Of a DNA stretch of 64,000 nt, positions 52,504-62,283 are shown one piece after another. The position numbers and the translations under genes are program-made. Source of the DNA: an uncultured Actinomycetota bacterium (GTDB lineage Bacteria > Actinomycetota > Actinomycetes > Streptosporangiales > Streptosporangiaceae); assembly GCA_963778435.1 (NCBI GenBank), contig CAVZUX010000018.1, positions 57,250 through 121,249 of the forward strand. Direction: 5' to 3'. Position 1 is the first letter of the stretch. Each line of letters starts with the position of its first letter. The notes below the pieces were generated by a model. It did no database searches, was not told the DNA's origin, and saw only the letters and a program-made list of their open reading frames with translations.

Positions 52504-53199
52504 ATGGAACTTCGCGATTTCGTCCCGGCGGCCAACCAGGGCGGCAACCCCGCGCTCTACGAACTCGAGAACCTCGCCGTGGATCCGCGCGGCGCGGTGC
52601 TCGATCGCATGGCGCAGGCCGCCCCGTGGGACGGTCGAATCCTGCTCGACCTCGGCTGCGGCAGCGGATATTGGCTTCCCGGTTACGCCGCGCAGGCCGA
52701 CCGGGTCATCGGCATCGAACCCGACGAGCGGCTCGTATCGCTGGCCCGAGCCAGAGACCGACGGGTCGAGGTGCTGCACGGATCCGCCGAGCACATCCCC
52801 TTGGACGACGCCTCGGTTGACGTGGTGCACGCCAGGTTCGCATACTTCTTCCCGCCGGGGTGCGATGCGGGCCTGGCGGAGGTCATGCGCGTACTCAAGC
52901 CCGGCGGAACTCTGGTCGTCATCGATAACGACCTGCGTGCCGGACAGTTCGCCGCTCTGCTCAACGCCTCCCCGTGGGCCACCCCACAAGCCGGCGGCCA
53001 GCCCACGGACGAATGGTGGGAGCAGCGCGGCGCGGAGCGAGTCGAAGTGATGAGCGAGTGGCTGTTCGTGAACCGAGAGGACTTCGAAGCAGTCCTCCAC
53101 CTCGAATTCCCCGCCGACATCGCCGACTTCTGGCTCGGCAACCACCCCGACGCGGTCGGCCTGACCTACGGGTACGTCCTGTTCATCACTCGCAAGTAA
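52504..53199 (+). CDS. Class I SAM-dependent methyltransferase
   Basis: LDLGCGSG, GIEPD, HARFAYFF, RVLKPGG. Confidence 0.88.
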   Translation: MELRDFVPAANQGGNPALYELENLAVDPRGAVLDRMAQAAPWDGRILLDLGCGSGYWLPGYAAQADRVIGIEPDERLVSLARARDRRVEVLHGSAEHIPLDDASVDVVHARFAYFFPPGCDAGLAEVMRVLKPGGTLVVIDNDLRAGQFAALLNASPWATPQAGGQPTDEWWEQRGAERVEVMSEWLFVNREDFEAVLHLEFPADIADFWLGNHPDAVGLTYGYVLFITRK

Positions 53200-53290
53200 A
53201 GCGACAGGGAGCGGGAGCGGGCGTAAAGCGAAAGGGAGCGGGAGCGGGAGCGGGAGCGGGAGCGGGAGCGGGAGCGGGCGTAAAAGCGAA
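53196..53290. repeat. Nested (GGGAGC)n repeat: GTAAAGCGA-(GGGAGC)2 then (GGGAGC)7
   Basis: Seven perfect hexamers at 53234-53275. Confidence 0.9.
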
Positions 53291-53291
53291 G

Positions 53292-53332
53292 CGGGTGTTG
53301 GCGGCGGCTTATATCACCGTCGCCAACACCCG
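53292..53332 (-). terminator. Terminator hairpin downstream of rne
   Basis: CGGGTGTTGGCGGCGG...CCGTCGCCAACACCCG followed by CTTCGCTTTT on the minus strand. Confidence 0.7.
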
Positions 53333-53365
53333 ATTATGTGTTGCGCGCTTGAGCGCTATGCCTCG

Positions 53366-56300
53366 CTAGCCCTCGGGGTGTTCCTCGACAGCTACCTGCT
53401 CTTGCTCCTGCTCCGTCGGCGTAACAGACGCTTCGGGGGCGGCGGCCGACGCCGGGTCTTCGGCGGCGATAACCAGGTTCGCGGGCTCCTCCGTGATCGC
53501 AATCGCGTCCGGGGCGACGGGCGGGGTCGGCGCATCGGCCGGGTCCTCCGGTGCCGTGAGCGTGCCCGGGGCGAGGGCTTCCGGCTCCGTGCCAGCGACG
53601 GGCTCCGGCTCGGACGAGACGAACTTCGTGAGCTCGACCTCCGGCGCGGCGGGAGCGGCCTCCGGCTCGACGACCGCGACCGACTCCGGAGCGGACTCCG
53701 GCTCCACGACCGCGACCGACTCCGGAGCGGACTCCGGCTCCACGACCGCGACCGACTCCGGAGCGGACTCCGGCTCCACGACCGCGACCGACTCCGAGGC
53801 GGACTCCGGCTCGGCGGAAACGGACTCCGGCTCGACGAGGGTGACCGATTCGGCAGTGGCGTCCGGCTCGGCAGTGGCGTCCGGCTCCGCGGCCGGGGCC
53901 TCGGGCTCGGCTAGCGTCTCCGTGGCCACCACGGTGACGGGGAGATCCGGCGCCGACTCCTGCTCCGGCGCTGGTTCCGGGTCGGCGACGACCGTTACCC
54001 GGGCGACGGCGGAGCCGGCGCGGGTGCGGGTGCGACGGACGGGCGGCGCCGAGTCCTCGGGTGCGGCCGGGTCACCGGAGCTGCCGGTGACGACCGAGGT
54101 GAACCCCGCGGGCTCGGGCTGCGCGTCGGCACCCGTGGTCACCACGGGGACCGTCGTTGCCACCGGGGCGGTGTCCTCGACGTGAACGGCGGTGGCAAAG
54201 GCGGTGCCTCCGTTGGTCGGACGGCGGGTGCGCCTGCCGACATTGCGGGTGCTTGGAGCGGCGTCGTCCACGCGGCCGTCACTGCGGGCCGCGCTGTCCA
54301 GGGCCGCGTTGTCCAAGGCGTTAGTGCCCAGGGGGGCGCTGTCCAAGGCGCCGCTCAGGGCCACCTCCTCTAGTGCCGTGCCGGCCAGGACTCCGTCGGC
54401 CAAGGCGACATCGGCCAGGGCTTCGTCGGCGGCAATGCTTTCCGCGGAACGCCAGTCGTTGTCGGAGCGGCCGCCGGTCCTGCGGTTGCCCGACCTGCCG
54501 TTGCCTGACCGGGAGTCGGAGCCGTTCCCTCGTCCCTTGCCGTTGTTGCCGCCGTTGCCGCCGTTGCCGTTGCCGTTTGCGCTGCCGCCGTTGCCGGAGC
54601 TATGGCCGTTGCTGTCGGCGTCATTGAGGGGCGGAGCCGGGATGGGGCGCCCGGCCGGTGCCCGCCGAGGAGCGGTGGGCCGTCTCGGCCGGAACCTCGA
54701 GCGTGAGGATGACACCACGGCCGCTGCAGCACTCGCACTGCTGCGAGAAGGCCTCAAGCAGGCCTGCGCCGACCCGCTTGCGGGTCATCTGCACCAGGCC
54801 GAGCGAGGTCACCTCGGCGACCTGGTGCTTGGTCCGGTCCCTGGCCAGGCATTCGAGCATCCGCCTGAGCACGAGCTCGCGGTTGGACTCGAGCACCATG
54901 TCGATGAAGTCGATGACGACGATGCCGCCGACGTCACGGAGCCGGAGCTGGCGGACGATCTCCTCCGCCGCCTCCAGGTTGTTCCTGGTGACGGTCTCCT
55001 CGAGGTTGCCGCCCTGCCCGGTGAACTTGCCGGTGTTGACATCGATGACCGTCATCGCCTCGGTGCGGTCGATGACCAGCGAGCCGCCGCTCGGCAGCCA
55101 AACCTTCCGCTCGAGCGCCTTGGCGAGCTGCTCGTCGATCCGGTACCGGGCGAACACGTCGTCGCCTGGGTCGTCGTCGTGGTCCCAGCGGCTGATCCGG
55201 TCGGCCAGGTGCGGCGCGACGAACCTGACGTACTCGTCGATGATCTCCCAGCCCTCGTCACCGGAGACGATCAGCTTGGCGAAGTCCTCGTTGAAAACGT
55301 CGCGGATCACCCGGACGGTCAGGTCCGGCTCGCCGTACAGCAGGGCCGGCGACGTCGCCGTCTTGGACTTCTTCTCGATGGTCTCCCACTGGGCGGCCAG
55401 CCGGGTGATGTCAAGGTCGAGCTCGGTCTCGGCCGCGCCCTCGGCCGCCGTGCGCACGATCACGCCGGCGTGCTCGGGCGTGACCTTCTTCAGGATGGCC
55501 TTGAGCCGGGTCCGCTCGTTCTCCGGGAGCTTGCGACTGATGCCGGTCATCGACGCACCCGGCACATAGACCAGGTACCGGCCGGGGAGGCTGACCTGGC
55601 TGGTGAGCCGCGCCCCCTTGTGTCCCACCGGGTCCTTCGTGACCTGCACGATCACGGACTGGCCGGACTTCAGCGCGGACTCGATCCGCTTCGGCTGGCC
55701 CTCGAGGCCGCTGGCGTCGAAGTTGACCTCGCCGGCGTAGAGCACGGCGTTGCGGCCCTTGCCGATGTCGACGAACGCCGCCTCCATCGACGGCAGCACG
55801 TTCTGGACCTTGCCCAGGTAGACGTTGCCGACGTAAGACTGGTGCGACGTCCGGTTGACGTAGTGCTCGACCAGCACGTCGTCCTCGAGCACCGCGATCT
55901 GGGTCCGGTCGCCGCGCTGCCTGACCACCATGGTCCGCTCGACGGACTCCCTGCGGGCAAGGAACTCGGACTCGGTGATGACCGGCGGGCGGCGGCGGCC
56001 CGACTCGCGCCCCTCGCGCCTGCGCTGCTTCTTCGCCTCAAGGCGGGTCGACCCCTTGATGGCGCGCACGTCGTCCTGGGCGTTGTGCGGCTCGCGCACA
56101 TGCACCACGGTGTCCGGCGGGTCGTCAGGGGAGGGCACGTCGGTGTCGCCCGTGCCGCGGCGCCGCTTGCGGCGGCGGCGGCGGCCGGAGGCGCCGCCCT
56201 CTGCGTACTCATCGTCGCCGGAGCCGGTGGAGTCGTCGCCATCGCCGTCGGCGTCCGCGTCGGCGTCATCCGCGCTGCCGCCAGGGCCGTCGGCGCCGTC

Positions 56301-56954
56301 GTCGGCCGCGGCGGCGGAATCGCCCGAGCGCCCGGTCCGGGTGGTCCGACTGGTGCGGCTGTTACGGCGACGGCGACTGCGGCGGCTGCCCGCGCCGTCG
56401 TCCGTCTCGTCGGCGGCGCTCGCCTCGCCGCCGGAGTCGTCCGCGTCGCCACCGGAATAGGAATCGGCGGCGTCCTCGGCCGCCTCGGCCACCGCGCCCG
56501 CGGTGTCGGCGCTCTCGACGCTGAAAAGGTCGTCATCGGGCGCGGTGTCGCGGGTACGTCCCCGCCCGCGCCCGCCTCGGGTCCTGCGGGCCGGCCTGCC
56601 CGCGTCGGCGTCGGCACCGGACTCGCCGTCGGTACCGTCCGCGGCGGCCGGCGTGGCGCTCTTGCTAGCAGCCGCAGCACTCCTGGTACGGGTGCGGGTG
56701 GACCGGGCGGTCCGGCCGCTCCCCTCAGCGTCAGGCTCAGACCTGTCGTCGGCAATGGGCGCCGCCGATGCGGGCGCCGGAGCGGCCGCGGGCGGCTGGA
56801 AGAGCACCTGCGGCGGCTGGAAGACCGCCGCAGGGACGGCTGGAGCTACCGGCGGGCTAGTCCACGCCGGGGCGGTGGCTGCAGCGGGTACCGCTGCGTT
56901 GCCGGATGACTCGTTATTGTCTGTCTCGCGGTTGCTGGGCTCGCTGTCGAGCAT
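53366..56954 (-). CDS. rne: Ribonuclease E/G with long disordered N- and C-terminal arms (frameshift at ~54620-54700)
   Basis: GNVYLGKVQNVLPSMEAAFVDIG, QVTKDP, IDVNTG, IDFIDM, Zn-link CECCSGRG. Confidence 0.95.
53661..53804. repeat. 36-bp in-frame tandem repeat x4 in the rne C-terminal arm (ESAPESVAVVEP)
   Basis: TCCGGCTCCACGACCGCGACCGACTCCGGAGCGGAC units. Confidence 0.9.
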
Positions 56955-56973
56955 TCGGGCAATCTCCAGTCAG

Positions 56974-57021
56974 GCCCCCGGGCGCGCTCGCACGCAAGGT
57001 GTCGGCGCGCCGCACGGGGGC
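56974..57021 (-). promoter_or_regulatory. Stem-loop in the rne 5' leader
   Basis: GCCCCCG(TGC)GGCGCGC...GCGCGCCCGGGGGC just upstream of the GGAG RBS. Confidence 0.5.
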
Positions 57022-57140
57022 TTCTAGTGTTCGTTCGCCTGGCCCGCTGCGCTCGGAACCGCACGGGAAGCGGTCACGCGCGGGGGTACGGTCGCAGGGT
57101 CCAGGCATGGGCATGTTCTTCAGCTCCGGGGCGGCGGCGG

Positions 57141-57956
57141 TCATAGGTCGACCACCGTTCCGGATTCGCCGAGCGATCCCTGCGCCAGCCGCATCATCAG
57201 CTGCGGTCCGGCCGGGATCACATCGGAAACGTCGCGTAGCGCACTGAGCACGTCGTCCGGCCGCACGGCCGGGGAGGTGTGCCGGACGACCATCCGCAGC
57301 GCCGTCGCTTCGCCCACATCTCCGTGGACGTCGAGGGTGACTACGGCGGACCTAGCGTCCATGCGCCGCAAGCCCTTGGAGGTCAGCCGCTCCACCGGCG
57401 CCTCCGTCAGGGCGAGAAATTTTTGCACAATCGGTGTCACGCTGTCCGGCGTCAGGCCCGGGAGGGTTACCTGCCACTCGGACGCGGTGAGGCGACTGGC
57501 TGGCAGTCCCCCAGTGTCCTCAGTGACAACGATCACGTCTATCCCATCAGGCAGCGCCGCGTTCAGCCGCTCCCGTGCGCTGGCCGCCTCGATCCGGCTG
57601 GTCAGCGCGAGGCTCAGGTACTCGGCCTCGCTCGCGACCCCGGTCGGGGCACCGCCCGCGTAGGAGATTTTCGGGTGTGGCGTGAACCCGGCTGAGTACG
57701 CGATGGGCAACCCTGCCCGCCGCACGCCCCGCTCGAAGGCCCGTGCCACATCCAAATGACTGGCAAAACGCATCTTTCCCCGCTTAGCATACCGGACGAG
57801 AAGATGCACATTCGTGACCGGCGCGGAGCCGTTCTCGCGGGGGGTACGGGAGCCAGGGGGGACGGGGGCTGGAAGGCCGGAGCCCCCCACGCCGGAAGCC
57901 GGCAGCTCCTCATGCGAGGAGTCCGCCCCCCCGGGAGAAACCTGTACGCCCACCAC
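57141..57956 (-). CDS. TIGR03936 radical SAM-associated protein (DUF2344)
   Basis: RYAKRGKMRFASHLD, AYSAGFTPHPKIS, SEAEY, VRPDD. Confidence 0.9.
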   Translation of the reverse strand: MVGVQVSPGGADSSHEELPASGVGGSGLPAPVPPGSRTPRENGSAPVTNVHLLVRYAKRGKMRFASHLDVARAFERGVRRAGLPIAYSAGFTPHPKISYAGGAPTGVASEAEYLSLALTSRIEAASARERLNAALPDGIDVIVVTEDTGGLPASRLTASEWQVTLPGLTPDSVTPIVQKFLALTEAPVERLTSKGLRRMDARSAVVTLDVHGDVGEATALRMVVRHTSPAVRPDDVLSALRDVSDVIPAGPQLMMRLAQGSLGESGTVVDL

Positions 57957-59912
57957 TTATCTCCCGTTTGTCGCTAGCACGGGAAGCAGGCGCCTTCCGT
58001 CCAGTCGCTCTCCCGTCGGACCCGTCTGGATCTCTGTACCCATCGATGAGCACACTCCACACTCGTAACACGGGGTCCATCGGCAGTCTTCTACCTCGCC
58101 TGCGCCGGCTGGCGCAACCGCAGACTGCCAGTCCTCCCAGAGCCAGTCTCGGTCCAGGCCGGAGTCCAGGTGGTCCCACGGCAGTACCTCACCGTAGCCG
58201 CGTTCGCGCGTAGTATACCAAGCTAGATCGACACCAGCCGGCGTCAGCCCCGCCTGACACGCCGCCACCCAGCGGTCGAACGAGAAGTACTCGCCCCACC
58301 CGTCGAACCGAGCGCCGTCCTGCCACGCCGCGAGGATCGCCGCGCCGACCCGCCGGTCGCCCCGGGAGAGCAGCCCCTCGATGAGGGACGGCGTGCCGTC
58401 GTGGTACCGGTAGCCGATCGACTTGCCGTACTGCCGGTCGCCGCGGAGCGCGGCCCCCAGCTTCCGCAGCCGCTCGTCCACCACCTCGGCCGGGCACTGC
58501 CCTGCCCACTGGAACGGCGTGTGCGGCTTGGGCACGAAACCGCCGATCGAGACCGTGCAGCGGATGTCCCGCCGCCCGCTCGCCGCGCGGCCTGCCGCGA
58601 TCACCTTCTTGGCCAGGTCGGCGATGGCCAGCACGTCCTCGTCGGTCTCGGTCGGCAGACCGCACATGAAGTACAGCTTCACCTGCCGCCAGCCCGATGA
58701 GTAGGCGGTGGTCACGGTGCGGATCAGGTCCTCCTCGGTGACCATCTTGTTGATCACCTGGCGCATCCGCTCGGAGCCGCCCTCAGGCGCGAACGTCAGA
58801 CCGGACCGCTTCCCGTTCCTTGACAACTCGTCCGCCAGCGTCACGTTGAACGCGTCGACGCGGGTGGAAGGGAGCGAGAGACCGACGTTCGACCCCTCGT
58901 AGCAGTCGGCCAGGTCGACCGCGATCTCGTTGATCTCGCTGTGGTCAGCGCTTGACAGCGAGAGCAGCCCGACCTCGGAGAAGCCGGTGGACTGCAACCC
59001 CGCGGCGACCATCTTCCCGACGGTGGTGATCGACCGCTCGCGGACCGGGCGGGTGATCATCCCCGCCTGGCAGAACCGGCAGCCGCGGGTGCAGCCGCGG
59101 AAGATCTCCACGCTGAACCGCTCGTGCACCGAGTCCGCGACGGGCACCACCGGCGCCTTGGGGTAAGGCCAGGCGTCAAGGTCGAGCAGCGTGTGCTTGC
59201 GGACGGAGGCCGGCACCCCGGGGCGGTTGGGCGCCACCCCGCCGATGCGGCCATCGGGCAGATAGGTCACGTCGTAGAACTTCGGGACGTAGATGGATCC
59301 GGTGGCCGCCAGGGAGAGCAGCAGGCCGTCCCGGCCGCCGGGGCGTCCCGCGTTCTTCCATTCGCGGATCAGGTGCGTAATGAGCAGCACCGCTTCCTCG
59401 CCGTCGCCGAGCACGGCTGCGTCGAGGAAATCCGCCAGTGGCTCCGGATTGAACGCCGCATGGCCCCCGCCTATGACGAGGGGTGAAACCTCGGTCCGTT
59501 CAGAAGAAAGAATTGGAATTTTTGCGAGGTCGAGAGCAGTCAGCAGATTCGTGTAACCGAGCTCGGTTGAGAAGGACACACCGAGGACGTCGAAGGCAGC
59601 GACCGGGCGGTGCGCATCCACCGTGAACTGCGGGACGCCGCGCTCGCGCATCAGCGCCTCGAGGTCGGGCCAGACGCTGTAGGTGCGCTCGGCGAGGACG
59701 CCTGGCTGCTCGTTCAGGACCTCGTAGAGGATCGCGACGCCCTGGTTGGGCACCCCGACCTCGTAGGCGTCGGGGTAGAGCAGCGCCCACCGGACATCGG
59801 TCTCATCCCACTCCTTAACGGTGGAATTCACCTCGCCTCCGACATACTGCACCGGTTTGCGGACCAGCGGCAGCAGCGGCTCGAGCTGTGGGAAGACCGA
59901 TTCGACAGACAT
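57957..59912 (-). CDS. TIGR03960 family B12-binding radical SAM protein
   Basis: KPVQYVGGE, YPDAYEVG, RGCTRGCRFC (CxxxCxxC), PKPHTPFQW, C-terminal CxxCGVC. Confidence 0.95.
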   Translation of the reverse strand: MSVESVFPQLEPLLPLVRKPVQYVGGEVNSTVKEWDETDVRWALLYPDAYEVGVPNQGVAILYEVLNEQPGVLAERTYSVWPDLEALMRERGVPQFTVDAHRPVAAFDVLGVSFSTELGYTNLLTALDLAKIPILSSERTEVSPLVIGGGHAAFNPEPLADFLDAAVLGDGEEAVLLITHLIREWKNAGRPGGRDGLLLSLAATGSIYVPKFYDVTYLPDGRIGGVAPNRPGVPASVRKHTLLDLDAWPYPKAPVVPVADSVHERFSVEIFRGCTRGCRFCQAGMITRPVRERSITTVGKMVAAGLQSTGFSEVGLLSLSSADHSEINEIAVDLADCYEGSNVGLSLPSTRVDAFNVTLADELSRNGKRSGLTFAPEGGSERMRQVINKMVTEEDLIRTVTTAYSSGWRQVKLYFMCGLPTETDEDVLAIADLAKKVIAAGRAASGRRDIRCTVSIGGFVPKPHTPFQWAGQCPAEVVDERLRKLGAALRGDRQYGKSIGYRYHDGTPSLIEGLLSRGDRRVGAAILAAWQDGARFDGWGEYFSFDRWVAACQAGLTPAGVDLAWYTTRERGYGEVLPWDHLDSGLDRDWLWEDWQSAVAPAGAGEVEDCRWTPCYECGVCSSMGTEIQTGPTGERLDGRRLLPVLATNGR

Positions 59913-60137
59913 GTGTCCGAGAATAACCCACGATGAGGAACGGACCGTGGCGACAACGTTCCACTCCCGTGACTCCGTCACCGCGTGCAGGCGGTTCCGG
60001 CTCGCTGGGCGTGGCTCTGCTACTCGTGGCCCGGCTTTGCCGGGCGGGGCGCGTCGCGATCTGGTGGCAGGGGTGCTTCTGCTACCAGATCGGGGTCCTG
60101 CGACGTCCCTTGTCAGCGGTTCATGATCGCTTAATCG

Positions 60138-60185
60138 AAATCCATGGCGAAACCGTCGTTATAACGACGGTTTCGCCATGGATTT
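60138..60185. repeat. Perfect 48-bp palindrome with no loop
   Basis: AAATCCATGGCGAAACCGTCGTTA|TAACGACGGTTTCGCCATGGATTT. Confidence 0.95.
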
Positions 60186-60286
60186 TTTCGATCTTGGCAG
60201 ATTTGGTGGGATATTTCTGGCGTCTGCCACGATGACACGCCCGAGATGGCCGGCTGAGAACCGACGCGGCCCCGGGAGCCGGAATG

Positions 60287-61279
60287 TCAGGTGGTTACGA
60301 AGGCGGGGGCGACCTTTTCCGTGAAGAGAGTGAGGCCGGAGCGGTCGTAGGCCACGTCGGGAAGGTTGATGATCGCGTAGGTCATGCCCAGCTGACCGAT
60401 CTCGCTGAGTCGCTCGACAATCTGGTCGGGCGTGCCGACGAGGGGACCGTCGGCGAGGTTGGCGACCGTGCTGTCGGCCGCCTCCGCCGGAAGGTACTTT
60501 CCGAGGTGCTCGCGGATCCAGGCCAGCCGGTCCTGCACGTCCTTGTCGGTCTCGCCGATGATCACGTTGTAGTTGGACGACCGGACGATCGCGCCGAAGT
60601 CGGTGCCGACTTCCCGGCAGTGCGCTTCCAGGACTTCCGACTTGTGCTTGAAGGCGTCGGTGGTGCCGTCGAAGTTGGTGTACTGCGCGTACTGCGCGGC
60701 GATCCGGAGGGTCTTCTTCTCGCCGCCGCCGGCGATCCACAGCGGGATGCCGCCGTCTTGAAGCGGGAGCGGCTGGCAGATGGCGCCGTCGACTTGATAG
60801 TGCTTGCCGTCGAGGGTCGCGGTGCCCGTCGTCCACAGGTCGCGCATGATCTGGACGCCCTCGTCCAGCATGGCCAGCCGTTCGCCCGCGCCGGGGAAGC
60901 CGTAGCCGTAGGCGCGCCACTCGTGCTCGTACCAGCCGGCCCCGATGCCCATCTGCGCCCGGCCGCCGGAGATCACGTCGACGGTCGCCGCGACCTTGGC
61001 CAGGTAGGCCGGGTTGCGGTAGGCCATGCAGGTGCACATCTGCCCGAGCTTCACCCGGCTGGTGGCCGCTGCGTACGCCGCCATCAGCGACCACGCCTCG
61101 TGCGTGGCCTCCTGCGTGGGCTGCGGCACGGTGTGGAAGTGGTCGTACACCCAGATGGAGTCGAACGGGCCGTCCTCCGCGGCCTTGGCTACGCCGAGCA
61201 TGGTCGCCCAATGCTCAGACGGGTTGATGCCTGCTAGGTCAAGTCGCCACCCTTGTGGCACAAAAAGTCCAAATTGCAT
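60287..61279 (-). CDS. LLM class F420-dependent oxidoreductase
   Basis: FGLFVPQGWRLD, WVYDHFH, YRNPAYLAK, IAGGGEKKTLR. Confidence 0.92.
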   Translation of the reverse strand: MQFGLFVPQGWRLDLAGINPSEHWATMLGVAKAAEDGPFDSIWVYDHFHTVPQPTQEATHEAWSLMAAYAAATSRVKLGQMCTCMAYRNPAYLAKVAATVDVISGGRAQMGIGAGWYEHEWRAYGYGFPGAGERLAMLDEGVQIMRDLWTTGTATLDGKHYQVDGAICQPLPLQDGGIPLWIAGGGEKKTLRIAAQYAQYTNFDGTTDAFKHKSEVLEAHCREVGTDFGAIVRSSNYNVIIGETDKDVQDRLAWIREHLGKYLPAEAADSTVANLADGPLVGTPDQIVERLSEIGQLGMTYAIINLPDVAYDRSGLTLFTEKVAPAFVTT

Positions 61280-61436
61280 GGCTTCTACCCTAGAGGGTCC
61301 GGCCTGCGGGTTGACTAGCGGAGCCGGCCAGCGGGCCGGACAGGGCAGCGGGGGGAGCTGTCCGGCGGTTACGTCAGCGACGCTGAGGGACTGCTTGACG
61401 CCTGCGCCTCGGTGTTGAGGTGCGGCTGTGCTGCTG

Positions 61437-61604
61437 TCAGTCGTTGTAGTGGTAGCGAGCCTGGATGATGATCAGCTCATCATCGGTCACGCCATAGACC
61501 AGGCGGTGCTCGTCGTCGACCCGCCGGGACCAGAAGCCGGACACGTTGCGCCGCAGGGGCTCCGGCTTCCCGGTGCCCTCAAATGGCGTCCGCCTGGCGT
61601 CCGT
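61437..61604 (-). pseudogene. Txe/YoeB toxin, C-terminal fragment
   Basis: [39 protein letters not shown]-terminus and antitoxin are absent. Confidence 0.85.
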
Positions 61605-61956
61605 CGCCGATGGCGATGGGGTCGTCGTCGGGCAGCGACGCGTTCCACCGGCGGCGCCACGACCCGGCGATGAGCCTGGGATTGGGAACTACCGTGTCCG
61701 CCCCATTCTGAGAGAAGAAAACCGGGCTCCCGAACGTGACCGTGGGGACCGTCAACGGCCCGGCGCCGCCAGCGCGGCGTGAGAGACCCGGCGCTGGTGG
61801 CTCTCAACAACGGCACAGCTCACGTGCCCGACGCGCAGCACGTCGGCGGTGACCGCGCCGGCCGGCACCACCGCGTCCGGCAGCCAGACCGCCGTTGAAC
61901 AGCGGGGTAGCGACCCGCAGCGTGGCAGGTGACCAGCTGCGTCATCACGCCACTTG

Positions 61957-61994
61957 TGGTCATGATTATAGTCAACTATAATTCTGGTCATGAC
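61957..61994. promoter_or_regulatory. TA autoregulatory operator / leaderless promoter
   Basis: TGGTCATGA occurs twice around ATTATAG-TCAA-CTATAAT. TATAAT -10 lies just before the ATG. Confidence 0.6.
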
Positions 61995-62283
61995 GATTTT
62001 GCCACTGAACGACGTCAAGACACGTTTCTCAGCCATCGCCGATGAGGTGGCCGCTACCCACGACCGAGTAATCGTTACGAGGAACGGCAGGCCACATGTG
62101 ATGGTCATCGCCGTCGATGACTTCGAATCGTTGCAGATGACTCGGGAACTGCTCGCCGAGCCCGGTGCCGTGGAAGACATCCTGGCCAGTGACCGCGAGG
62201 TTGCGGGCGGCCAGTTCCATACGGTGGAGGAACTGCGCGCCGCGCTGGAAGCACGGCAGCGACAGGATGACGCCGACGAATGA
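61990..62283 (+). CDS. Phd/YefM family antitoxin
   Basis: LNDVKTRFSAIADEV..RVIVTRNGRP. Confidence 0.9.
   Translation: MTILPLNDVKTRFSAIADEVAATHDRVIVTRNGRPHVMVIAVDDFESLQMTRELLAEPGAVEDILASDREVAGGQFHTVEELRAALEARQRQDDADE

Noticed and set aside
50533..56909. Very long ORFs 50533-53145 (-) and 54192-56909 (+), and similar ones such as 24193-25872 and 28181-29797
   Set aside because: These are shadow or alternate frames of real genes in high-GC DNA and have no motifs of their own.
61640..61950. A degenerate CRISPR repeat or gene remnant between yoeB and phd
   Set aside because: Single copy with no recognisable family; cannot be supported.
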